Source of the DNA: Saccostrea cucullata
Lineage: Eukaryota
Assembly (NCBI RefSeq): GCF_032062105.1
Contig: NW_026935833.1
Span: 372,001-436,000 of the forward strand
DNA: 64,000 nucleotides
Reading direction: 5' to 3'
Part shown: positions 1 to 12,200 of the stretch, piece after piece
Layout of the letters: the number at the start of each line of letters is the position of its first letter
Position numbering within the stretch: the first letter of the stretch is position 1
Program-made: the position numbers and the translations under genes
Notes under the pieces: generated by a model
What the model saw: only the letters and a program-made list of their open reading frames with translations
Databases searched by the model: none
Told to the model about the DNA's origin: nothing

Positions 1-179
1 TTCTTTAACATACATTACATTTGTTATAGATTGCTGTAAAGTATATGAAAAAAAATAAGTATTTTTCATGATTTAACATTTTTCTAATAAGGATAGTGCA
101 ATACTTTTACATTTTTTTGAATGTGTAAATGAATAGAAAAAAAAACATTTTTTTTTTAAAATTTCACTTAAATTAAAGG

Positions 180-1180
180 TCACAGTGACCTTGAAATAGG
201 TCCAAGGTCAAGACACACCCTCTACCTAAGATGCATGAAGTGGTTTTCCAAGTTTGATGATTCTAAGTCTAATAGTTTTCAAAAGTTATGGACCGGACAG
301 GATTTTTCCATATTTGGCTATAACTTTTTAATTATAGGTCAAGCGACCTAGTTTTTGTGCGCGACACACCTTCCCCAAGATGTATCAGCTGACAAAGTTT
401 GATAACTCTAGGCCTAATAGTATTCAAGTTGTGTTCAAAGTTGAAGTTTTTTTTAAAAGTAGTTAAAACTCCAATGTCAAGGTCAAAGGGTAAAAGTTGT
501 TGATATCCAATGAAAGGTCTTCTCAAAAGGAAAACATATGTGAAGTACGAAAGCCCTAGCCCCCACCGTTCAAAAGTTATGGTCAAGGTTAAAGATTTTT
601 CATAAGTACGTAAATCTCCAAGGTCAAGGTCAAAAGGTCAAGGTTGTTGATATCCAATGAAATGTCTTGCCACAAGGAATACATATGTGAAATATTAAAG
701 TCCGACTATCTACTGTTTAAAAGTTGTGACCAAGGTTAAAGTTTTTAAAAAGTAATTAAAACTTCCAAGGTCAAGGTCAAAGGGTAAAAGTTATTGGTAT
801 CCAAAAAAGGTCTTCTCACAGGGATTACATACAAAAATTAGCCCCCACCGTTCAAAAGTTCTGGTCAAGGTTAAAGTTTTTTTAAGTACGTATATGGTCA
901 AGGTCAAAAGGTCAAGGTTGTTGTTATCCAATGAAAGGTTTTGCCACAAACAATACATATGTGAAATATGAAAGTCCTAGTAAAAAATTCAAAAGTTATG
1001 GAAAAAAGTAAAAGTTTGAAATTTTTGTGTAAAAGTGGGTCAAACTCCAAGGTCAAGGTCCAAAGGTCAGATTTGGTGATAGCCAAAGAAAGGTCTTGTC
1101 ACAAGGAATACACATGTGAAATATGAAAGTCATAGCTCCACTAAATCAAAAGTTATGGGCAAGGTTAAAGTTTTTGTGAT
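180..1180. repeat. Tandem array of ~140-150 bp units (CAAGGTCAAGGTCA motif), core repeats of a non-autonomous Helentron/pearl-like element
   Basis: About 5 diverged units share ...AAAAGTTATGGNCAAGGTTAAAGTTTTT...CTCCAAGGTCAAGGTCAAA...; the same family recurs at ~45245-45930 and as fragments at ~26850-27070, ~54440-54710 and ~63540-63970. Confidence 0.75.
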
Positions 1181-1339
1181 GGAAAAGGAATGTTAATATA
1201 ACTACAACTAGAAAATTGTTATGGTACTTGTATGTAACTTGTAAAGATATATATTGAAAAGCGGGGGACAAGGTAATAAAATGGAGACCGTCTCACCTGT
1301 CTGTGCCTGTCAATACAGTACTGAAATCAGATGTTCTTT

Positions 1340-1880
1340 CAATTGTCCACACTGATTTCACCAGTTGCATTGATTTCAACTGTCCATACTAATTTCAGCT
1401 GTCTAATAATGATTCAACTGTCCAAACTAATGTCAAGTGTCTAATAATGATTCAACTGTCCACATTGATGTCAACTGTCTAATAATGATTCAACTGTCCA
1501 CACTGATGTCAACTGTCTAATAATGATTCAACTGTCCATAGTAATTTCAGCTGTCTAATAATGATTCAACTGTCCACACTGATGTCAACTGTCTAATAAT
1601 GATTCAACTGTCCACACTGATGTCAACTGTCTAATAATGATTCAACTGTCCATAATAATTTCAGCTGTCTAATAATGATTCAACTGTCCACATTGCTGTC
1701 AACTGTCTAATAATGATTCAACTGTCCACACTGATGTCAACTGTCTACTAATGATTCAACTGTCCATACTGAAATTCTGATTTCATCTGCCCATACTAAT
1801 TTTGCAAGTCTAAATATGATTCAATGGTTCAAACTGATTTCAACTGTCCATACTGATTTTAAATAAACATACTAATTTCA
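1340..1880. repeat. 38-bp minisatellite
   Basis: Unit GATTCAACTGTCCACACTGATGTCAACTGTCTAATAAT with period 38 (1411, 1449, ...). About 10 clean copies plus degenerate flanks; the unit is a dimer of TCAACTGTC-containing halves. Confidence 0.95.
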
Positions 1881-1999
1881 CCTGTTCCAACTTTAAGAAT
1901 AACTTTTAGGTATAAATAACATAAGTGTCAAAATAGTAGTAATTCTTGCTGATATGACAAAATGAACTTTGTGCACCAATGCTTTCATTTGATAGGTAA

Positions 2000-2548
2000 A
2001 TACAATCATTGAAGTGCATTGAAATGGTAAAATTTTCCGTTTGGATGAAACGTTCTGAGTCATATTTTGAACGTCAATTACTGCAGTATAACATAATGAC
2101 ATGCCCATTTTTTTTTTTAGAACGAACAAGAAATATTCGTCGTAATGTTTTAAGACACCCCATTCTTTGCGATGAGCAACATGAGTTACAACCAAAATCC
2201 GAGATTTTCAAAGTTATAAGAGAGAGATTTAGAGAGTTCCAGCTTCTGGAAAACACGTATTGCAACGAATCTGTACATAAATATGAATTTATCGTGTTTA
2301 TTGGAGTTTCCATAACATGTGTATTGGTCGAACACGTGCTTACTCTGTGTTAAAGTAGACCATCAATTTGATTGGCTATTATATTTATGGAATACCTGTT
2401 CCACAGGTATTCGAATGAACTATTTGACCGATTTTTCTTTTCTAAAGAAATGGGCATGTCATCATATGACAATCAACGTTCTAAAGATAGCTCAAAACGT
2501 TCCATGCAAACAGGAAATTTTACCACTTCAATGCGCTTCATTGTACTT
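2000..2548. mobile_element. Old MITE-like element with ~120-bp degenerate terminal inverted repeats
   Basis: 2010-2120 (GAAGTGCATTGAAATGGTAAAATTTTCCGTTTGGATGAAACGTT...GACATGCCCATTT) is the diverged reverse complement of 2441-2545 (AAATGGGCATGTC...AACGTTCCATGCAAACAGGAAATTTTACCACTTCAATGCGCTTC). Confidence 0.7.
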
Positions 2549-3897
2549 GATAGAGTAAGTCAGTATGATAAAAATTTAAACATACCAGTATAATACATTT
2601 TAATCACAATACATTTACCCATAATATTTATCCAATCAAATGTAGATGTTACCAGCACTGACATATCAATATTCACCATATATCATAACATCTAAGATTA
2701 CCGGTAATTGCTCTAAAACAAGTGGAAGATCAAAGTATGGAATGTGAAAGCCATAATATACTGTAGTAAGCAATACTAAATAGGGGTGTCATTTAGCACT
2801 GAAGACAGTGTTAGGGATGTGCCCTCAAATCTACATATTCAAATTCATATGATTGAATCCCTATATACTCCCATAACCCACTTATTAATAAATGTCAACA
2901 AAAAAGATTAAAACGTACTAACTGACATCAACCCGTCAATCGGTGAATATTTTATCTTGAGACATAAGTTCCCATGATGAGTTTGTTGACAAAATATAAA
3001 TACATCATACCAGTATCAACTGGACTAGAAGATGTCTCCTGATTCAAAAGTTAGAAATAAAATGACATGATACATTATACTTCATAAAAAGACAATAAAT
3101 GGGGAAACACATGTATGTTGAAAACACTGACTAGTATTATTTCATACGATAATTATTGAAAATGTGAATGAATATACATGTACAATGAAAAAATGTCAGG
3201 GGTTATTGCAAAGAAAGTTAGACTTGCATGAATTAATTACCTGCTGTGTGTCAAATTGTAATATATGACGATTCAAAATAAAGAAAAAAAATTATTGATA
3301 ATATTAAGAGCTAGAGATGAATTGATAAATACATGTAGTATTATGATGACATAATGAATGACTAACAAGCACCAAAAAAAAAAACCTCATACAAAATCCC
3401 CAGTTGTTTGATCAAAATAATATGTGATACAGTATACATTTATTGACTGAGTTCGAAGGCAGCATGCCTTTTGTTGGACCCAAAAAAACAATCTGTCTGT
3501 CCAACATCTCAATGGCAGGTCCAACATCTCAATGAGTGGTAAAACATCAATTTTTTATGCCTGCTCAGTAAAACATTAGAAATGTTTCACTTTTTTGTAT
3601 AGATTCGTATAGGAACACATTTTTAAAAGTATTACAATATACAATATAAACAGATACATAAACAATAAAACTAACCCCAAACTTAATAATTTAGTCTCTT
3701 ACATGCATGCTTCCCAGTAAAGTAAACAATGACTTCACAATGAACTACACACAAAATTACAACAAAAAATTACAACAGAAGTGTGAAATCCCATGGATAA
3801 CTGAATCTCTGAAACTAAAGATATTTAACATTACTTCTAATTCAAAATTATTTGTTTGTATGTATAACATACAAGATATTCCTAACCATTGCACTGT

Positions 3898-6800
3898 TCA
3901 GAGTTCTGTTTTGTCTTTTTCCAAGGCTGGGTCTAAATAAGGCTCATCAATTTTATCTAGATTTCCATGCCAGTGATTGTATGCCAACAGGGCCACATTT
4001 TTCCCTGCAATAGAACTCATTTCCATGGCAGAAGCGGCCATTTCTATACCATTTAAATAATAGAGTGAATCATGAAGCACAAAGGGGGGTAACTCTTCCC
4101 CGACTGTGGAGTATTCTGGGTAGGCCATCATAGAAAACATTCTAATGTCTTTTTTACTGGTAAACATTTGTTTTATATTCTCCTCACTTGGTGGTACATT
4201 AGAGAAAACCTTGTAAACATTTGCTGGATTTCCAAGAACATCTTCTTTTTTACCCTGAGAATTGACTAGAATTGTGTCGTTACAGGTTAAAATTTCCGTA
4301 GGCACTTCCTCTGCATTATCAATGCCATAATATTTAGAGTTTGGTGTTCCTTCTACAAAGGTAGCAGTGAGCTTATGATATTTCTGAGGAAAATTTTCAA
4401 TAGGACTTGGGAAATCTTCAAAATCAATTTCAGACATTTCATCATGTAAAGGCGTTGCAATGATAACGATGTCGTAATCTTTGTGTTGTTCCTTCTTTTC
4501 GGAATCGACGTACTCCACCCTGTAAGTTTTATCCTGGTATTGCAGGAGTTGGACTGACATGACTGTCCCCTGAATGACCTGAGCCTTGGCCTCTGTCACT
4601 AATTTCTGGGGCACCTGTTTATTACCTCCCTTGACGGCCCACAGTCCTGGTTGTACTCCAGCCATACATACAGCTCCTGTAAGACACAAACATAAGATAT
4701 ACTTGAAAAATTGTTATTGTAACCAATTTTGTATGTCAACTTTAATACATCTCAATTTCTCCATTTCCAGAGCCAATGTGTTGCATGCAAGTATAATTAC
4801 ACTTTGTGATCAATTTAACTGTGAAATTTTTCATTTAAGATCATCAAAGCAATTTGCATGAACTCTTAAGAATAAAATTAGGTAGAACAAAAACAATATA
4901 TCCCCCAGATTTCATTTTGGCTGATAGTGTTACCTGCTGCAAAATTCAAGGGTCTCTTTAACTATTTAATATGATTTCATTTATGTTCCTGGTGTGATGT
5001 CTTTTTTTTCATTTTAAGAAGAAACATATGGTTAACCTAATATTTCACTCCAATTTTTAGTTAAATACAAACCTACAAAGCCTGGCACTTCTGTATTTTG
5101 ACCGTAATTTGTTCTTAAGGCAGCCATGACCATTTCATCAATAAACGCATCACCAAAACCCGCAGTCTTCATTACAAACTTGATGGATTTCTTCATGTAG
5201 GAAACAAAGGCTTGGTCCATTGCACCAATCAGGTCAGGAACAGTTGTGTAGGCATGACCTGCTCTCTGAATGTCATAAATCCTAAAAAGATGCAAAGTCA
5301 AGATGAGCAATATCATTCTATTAATATTGCTGTACTTTTTTTTTTTTAGCATGATTTACATAACCGCCTTTTAAATCTTACCTCATGAATTTACTTAGGA
5401 GTTTCTCATTGATCCATGAGTCAATATTATAGATGTCCATGCCGTATCTCCAAAAGAGCTTGGCCATTGTGACAAGGCTGTATTTGCTGCTTGTCACCCT
5501 CATGGAGCTCCCATCAAAAATCCCAAAGGTTCCCCCACCAACCTGTATCTGCTCCAGACCTGTGGGATTATACATGTATAGGGTACTGAATATTTTTTCT
5601 CCTTCTCCTAACAATGGGAAGTAAATGTGGCACTCTTATCATTACTGAGTATCTTTTAAAAAATATAAAAAGCTTAAGAATTACTTAAATTTACATAATG
5701 TTTTATCTTATTTTCCTCTCAGCGTCATTATTTTTATTGTGAGAAATCAGGAAATAGGATATGGATTTCAATTATTTTATGCAGATTTTGCACAGTTTTT
5801 TGGCTGAGTTAAAAAAAAATTGGGGGGGGGGGGGGGGGGGGGGGGGAGAGAGTGGGCATGACATTCGAATTCCATTATATCTAAAATAACATATCATCAG
5901 ATTCTGTCATGGTGAGAAACACAGTGCATGTAATTTGTAAACATGTACATGAGCATATTATTCATATTTAATAACATCTTCCTTTTCAGCTGTGTGAAAA
6001 ACAATTGTTGATCTTTGTTAATTGTTCATCCTCTTGATCATCTAAATAAATGTTGTAGCAGCTCATATCATAAACAAACCAGAAATCTATGTCGAGACTA
6101 TAGCTCTACTGGTTTGTACTTATAACAAAGGATGAGAAAAGAAGCTATTGCCATTAGACCAAAATTGTAGAAGGAGTAGCATTTTAAAGGAATTTCACAG
6201 ATATTTCTATTTTTAGTAACAAAAGCAACAGTGTTCATCGAAATCAAAAACTGATGCACTATTTTATATATCTTAGTGTAGTCTACTTGTGTGCCAAGTT
6301 ATATTGAAATTAGACCAAAATTGTAAGAGGAGTAGCATTTTAAAGGAATTTCACAGAAAATTCTATTTTTAGTACCCACTAACCATGGCAACACCGTTCG
6401 AAATCAAAAACCGATGCACTATTTTATGTATCTTAGTGTAAACTTGTGTGCCAAATTATATTGAAATCAGACCAAAACTGTAGAAGAAGTAGTGTTTTAA
6501 AGGAATTTCACAGAAAATTCTATTTTAGTAACCATGGCAACACCGTTGATCCAAATCAAAATCCGAAGCACTATTTTATGTACCTCAGTGTAGTCTACTT
6601 GTGTGCCAATTAATTGAAATCAGACCAAAACTGTAGAAGAAGTAGCGTTTTAAAGGAATTTCACAGAAAATTCTATTTTAGTAACCATGGCAACACTGTT
6701 CATTGGAGTCAAAAACCGATGCACTATTTTGTATTTATGTATCTTAGTGTAGTCTTCTTGTGTGCCTAGTTATATTGAAATCAGATACAAACTGTAGGAG

Positions 6801-8889
6801 GAATAGCGTTTTGAAAAATTGTTTACAGACAGACGAACGGACACATTACAATCGCATTAGTTCTTCTGGTCTCTAACCAGTAGAGCTAAAAAGGGCAATG
6901 CCATACAAAATAGTCTTGGCCATATACAACCTAGTGTTGATATGATGTGATTGTTATTAATTATCAAAAATTGTCACCGAAGGCAGCACATCAGCAACAA
7001 CTGATAGAAAAAACATTAACAAAACAATCACCAAATATTCTTTTTAAACAAAGCCAGTTCATTTATCATTATCAAGGCACATTACTCTATTTCTGGTGCA
7101 AATGGCAAACAAACTGACCAAGCATGTAGAGAATTTAGTCTCCAAAATTTGAATTCATTTATGGGAATAACTTTAACTCGGAATTGTTAAGTTTATTGAA
7201 TGTTACATAAACTAATGAAACTTCAGATCATGTTAATTTTTGTAACTTTGATCAATTTTGCCTCACTGATGCATACAATTTTTTTTTTTTTTTCATTTTA
7301 TAGCAAAATCTTTCTGATTTTGCTTCTCAATTATCACCAGACATACCTAATAACTTGGTAAAGTTGACCATGTACATATTTTTGGGATGAATAAGAGTTC
7401 CCCCGGCTTCAAACTGGTGGTCACCAAGGGTGAGTGTGGCTAGCCTTCCTCCTATGTGCCGCTTCTCAAAAATGTCAATTTTAGCATCATTACCAAACAG
7501 CTGTCTGAGGAAATAGGCCGTAGAAGTTCCTCCGATGCCCCCGCCGACAATACCTGTAAGAAAAAATCAAGTCAATCCTCTGACTCACATCTAACAATAC
7601 TTGTAAAGTTGTAAGGTGTAAAATTAAAGACATTATTCTGGCACAACAGAACCTGTAACATATTTCTTAAAAAAGTTTTTCCTCCAATTCACTCTCTCAT
7701 AATACTTTTAAGAAATCAACATTTATGTTCCTCTAATCCCCCTTCAACAATACCTGTAAGTCTATGAAATGCTAATAAAAGTAGGTTTCATAGGTAGAAT
7801 TTGTTTTTCTTATCTTATTTCATTTTTTTCACATACAGGCATAACTCTGAAGTACAATTTACAAAAGAGAGTTTGTACCTCTTTTAATGATTTTTTCTAT
7901 AAAAACAATATCTCCAATTTCAATTATTAACCCAACATCTCTAAAAATTACTTCAAAAATGAGTGTATGACATGTAACTCCTCAAGTTAGAAGGAAAATA
8001 TACAGAAATGCATCCAGATTTTACAAGAAAATCAAATTTGGGTCTTTGCATAAAATTATGCTTGGTAGAGTAATAGTCAACATATATGTGCATGCCTTTA
8101 ATACTGAATATCATAATCATAATAATGTGGACATACTAATTATTCAGTAGGGCTGAAAGACTTTATGAGTAGTCAGCCCTGCTGGTCCACCTGAATTTTT
8201 TCTGAATTTCATACACTGGAATAGCGTAAAATTGGTGCGTACAAGTGGGATGAGATGGAGTAGACTTTATATATCCTGTCCCAATTTAGTGTGTCTCAGG
8301 CGTGTGGGCAGACAGGAATTTTGTACACTGTCACTGCCTTTGGATCGATGTTTGTGCAAGGTGGTCATTTCTGAGGGAGAAAACAGGAGTTCCAAGAGAA
8401 AACCCATGTGTCTGAGCAAGCGACTACTCTATCCTTTCACATACAAATCTGTCAATCACTGGGATTGTCCTACTGATCTGGTTTAACGATAGAATTTGTT
8501 CCATGTACTACCTTAGGTACCTATGTTGCAATATAAACACGAGCCATAACTCAGTGCATGTGAACATCCTCCAAGCCCCACCCTCTGCTACCACACACAT
8601 ACCTGTAAGGTATCAAACTGCCATATATGTTTCCCCTTAAAACCCAATACTAATTGCTTGCCATTTATGAAAACTTCTTAGAATCCAACAGCTGTTCCAC
8701 ATCACTACATTGTTGACAATTTGTTAGTTTAAATGATGAAGGAGGCAAATAGACATCATGCATCAGTATGATAAATTGTGTACCTATTGTAGGTGGTTCT
8801 TTCACTTCAAGGGCAAGTGTAATAGGCAGGGAAAATGTCAGGATAAAAACCAAAGTGAAAGTCCACATTTTAGTGCCGGAAGCTGACAT
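3898..8889 (-). CDS. PCYOX1: Prenylcysteine oxidase 1-like FAD-dependent thioether oxidase, ~492 aa
   Basis: Exons 8889-8784, 7553-7347, 5559-5382, 5281-5073, 4676-3898; all GT-AG with consistent phases (1479 nt). Signal peptide, FAD motif IGIVGGGIGG...FEK...GGR, EAGGTLIHPKN, LWAVKGGN, LYYLNGIEMAASAMEMSSIAGKNVALLA and C-terminal KTEL, as in the PCYOX1/PCYOX1L family. Confidence 0.95.
6074..6891 (-). mobile_element. Non-autonomous Helentron/pearl-like element with ~155-bp internal tandem repeats (PCYOX1 intron 2)
   Basis: Subterminal inverted motif TAGCTCTACTGGTT / AACCAGTAGAGCTA, an ACAG/ACGG microsatellite near 6826-6842, and about 4.5 tandem units (GAAATCAGACCAAAA...AAGGAATTTCACAG). Confidence 0.75.
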
Positions 8890-9288
8890 ATTTCAGTGTT
8901 TGATTGCTATCAGCAGTTTCGTATATAATGCGATTTCAATTATTTCATTTTTGCACATGAAACAAGAAATTATGATTACTAATCCAAAGATTAAGTAGTA
9001 TTTTCGAAGCATGTAAAAAAATAATTTTATCTAATTCTTAAATAGATAAATTTACGAAACTAATATTTTAGGGTTTTACTAATTACACGAAAGCTGTCCG
9101 TATAATGATGATTGAACTTGTTTATATTTTCAAGTAAACTAGTTTTAAATTTTGTAAACTTAAAATTTGTACAATGGTTTGATTAAGATTTGCATTGATA
9201 ATATGCAAAAGCTTATTTAAAAACAGTTTTAAAAAGATTATCGCAAGGTGGCGCTGTGTGACAGGAAGTTGCAATACAAATCATCATC
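8890..9288. promoter_or_regulatory. Putative bidirectional promoter between PCYOX1 and FAF2
   Basis: The divergent start codons are only 400 bp apart; an ETS-like CAGGAAGT lies at ~9262. Confidence 0.65.
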
Positions 9289-12200
9289 ATGGCAGAAGAG
9301 AATGGAGATGTGGACCTTTCTCAAGATCAGACAGAGAAACTTCTTCATTTTCAAGTATATAAACAGTTTTATTCGTTTTTATTAGACAATAACGATTGAT
9401 TTACTAGACGGAAGAAAAATCATTGTCGTTAAAATGTGAATAACCTAGATTGAACATAGAATAGATCTCTGTACTTTATCCTGATGTTTATGCAATAGAA
9501 TGCAGACTCATATTCTACCAAAATAGTAATTAGTATATTAACAATGAGAGAAAATTTCTTCAAGGTTATGTTAAATTTAAGAGAAAGGGGGGGGGGGGTT
9601 CATGTAAACACTTGATAAAGTGTATAGCTTACAAATTTTGCTAAATATAGATATGAATAAATTTCTATATTAACAACACAACCGGACATTACAACACTAA
9701 TTTTCTTTTTTTCAAAATTTTGGCAGGGATTTATCATACATGTTAACCTACTGTGATGAAAAATATGGAGATTCAGTCGTCAAAAGCGGTAGCATTGCGC
9801 GCGCGTTGTTTTACACTAGAATTTTAAAGATAATATATATATTTCATGTAATATACAATGCATGTATGGCCTTAAATAAAAACTACAATAATTAAATATT
9901 AACTGCAAAGAAGTAGACAAAAACACCTTCAAATATTTTTCACGCTCATCATTTTGCTTTGATTCACTGGCTGTTTACTTAGCCTTTTGAAGAGTGATCT
10001 TTGCTGATATAGCCTAGAAGCAATAATACTGAATGTTCGTTCAGTTGTAAAACACAACAAATGATGACATGGTTTAATCTAATAAAAAGTCCTATCTTTG
10101 TTAAATAAATAGATTTCCCATGATCGGATGAACGAAAACGAAAGTAGAGATTTGTCATGGCTTGGAGATTGCATTAAATTGTTGTTTGTAAAATTTTGAA
10201 GTAAGTTGTTGCTTTTTTAGCCACCATGTTGCTATGCACCGCAAAGGATTATTGGGAGTTTGAAAATTTTTTCACGCGGTGAGATAAAAATTTCTTTGAA
10301 CAATGTCAAATACATGCTTTGAAATCTATGTCTATATCGGTACACATTTGTATATTGAGCTCGCTATCGCGAGATTTTATGGCGAGTGGCTTCCAAAATC
10401 GCTGCGCTCGCTATTAACAACACAACCGGACATTACTGTACAACACTATTTTTCTTTCTTTCAAAATTTTGACAGGGATTTATTCTAATTATACATTTTT
10501 ACCTAAGCATGTAAATATTTATTGTTTATTTGATTTTGATTATCCTTTCACACTTTAAAAAAAAATATATTTAATACATTATTTCTCAGTAACTCAAGTT
10601 GCTTTCACTACTTTGAAAATGCTTTAAATTTAAATTAAAACAAATATAAACATTTCATCTGGAGCTTGAACTCCATCAGATGACATCACAATATATTTGG
10701 CTAGTATATAAGTAGAAGTTGCAGATCCGTAGCTCTCTGGTTGAGAAAATTGGGACATAAAAACCAGAGAGTTGCAGATCCATGTATTGTAAAAAGCTTC
10801 CATTTAAGACGCTACACATTCTGCAGAGATAGGGTCTATCAGCAATCTAATTAAAATTAGATGTTAGTCTAGATCCTCTTGCATACTTGCTACACTAACA
10901 TCTAACAACATCCCATAGAGGGTCATGTCAGAGGTAAAATTTTGAACAACTTTAGATGTATTCGCTTCATCAAATATACGATGAGCAGCTTGATTTGATT
11001 TAAAATTTGATTTGACCTGTGACATGACCCTATATGGGATATTGTTAGATAACTTCAAATTATCGATTATATGATCGATTGTATGCTTCCGATTCAATTT
11101 GATAATCGATTGTTAATTTAGTCCGATTTTGCAACACTAGAAAACATGATTATATAAAATATAATTTTTTTTTTAATTTTTTCAGGATTTGACAGGAATT
11201 GAAGACATAGAGAGATGTAAAGGTATTCTTGAAGAACATAACTGGGATATAGAGGTAAATTAAAGAAAAGCACTCAAAAATGAAAGAATTAAAAAAAAGG
11301 TCTTTTCTGTTGAGATATAATACATATAATTAACTTTTATTGATTATTGTAGATAGCAGTACAGGATACTTTTAATAAAAGAGAGGGTGTTCCAAATGTA
11401 TTTACTCAACCTGAGGGTGTCAAAATAACCAGAGAATCTTTTTTAAGGTAGTAAGAATACCTTGAAAAATGTATAAACACAAAATTTTGAACAAAATTAA
11501 AATTGTTACAGTATATTTAATGTTCTAGAGTTCTTACTTCTTAGAGATTAAAGGTTATGAATATTAAATTTTCTCGTAAAAAGGCAATTTTCTTATACAA
11601 CCCATATATAAGGAAGATCGCTTATATATATATTTTTTCCAGGGCTCTCAATTTTTTCAGGATTTGACAAAAAAGGTAACTTTTTTCCCAAAAGAAAGGT
11701 GTAAATTTCCCAATTTCCATAGCAAAATATTAATTAAAAAAATAAAAGTCCATGAAACTTAATCACAAAAAAAAAAACCCACACAAAACACACTTGCAAA
11801 TGAAAGTGAAAGGTAAATTTTAAAGAAAAGCACCACATGCAAAAACGAGAGAACCAGGTTATTGTTTTTACAAAAATGTGCACTAAAGGAGTATCTTTCA
11901 TGTGTTTGACAAAAAAACATCATTTTATTTCAAAAAATAAAATTCAAAATTTTATTGCATAGAAACATACCCACGCTTAGATTGGGAAGCAATGTTTTCC
12001 ATGTGTACAGGATATGTTTTAGGGACTGTCAAGAAAGAAGATAACCGCAATATTCTCAGATAGTAATGACAAAGCTAATGTACTTTACATAAATAGCCTA
12101 ACCTGTTTAACTGTTTATTCAAAACCAGAGTTAAATTGATGACAAAATGCTAGAAAAGCAAAATTTGAGGATTTTTTTAATGAATTTTGGTTATCCAACC

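Noticed and set aside
1340-1880. Regular short repeats superficially resembling a CRISPR array
   Set aside because: The units are contiguous with no unique spacers, the context is eukaryotic, and there are no cas genes.
1893-2593. Cluster of overlapping 70-115 aa ORFs on both strands
   Set aside because: They lie within an inverted-repeat element and show no recognisable domain or splice structure.
3898-3912. C-terminal KTEL on PCYOX1 as a novelty
   Set aside because: KTEL is the known conserved ending of this family.
10864-11097. 77-aa antisense ORF in FAF2 intron 1
   Set aside because: No motif, no ATG start and no supported junctions; it sits among repeat fragments.
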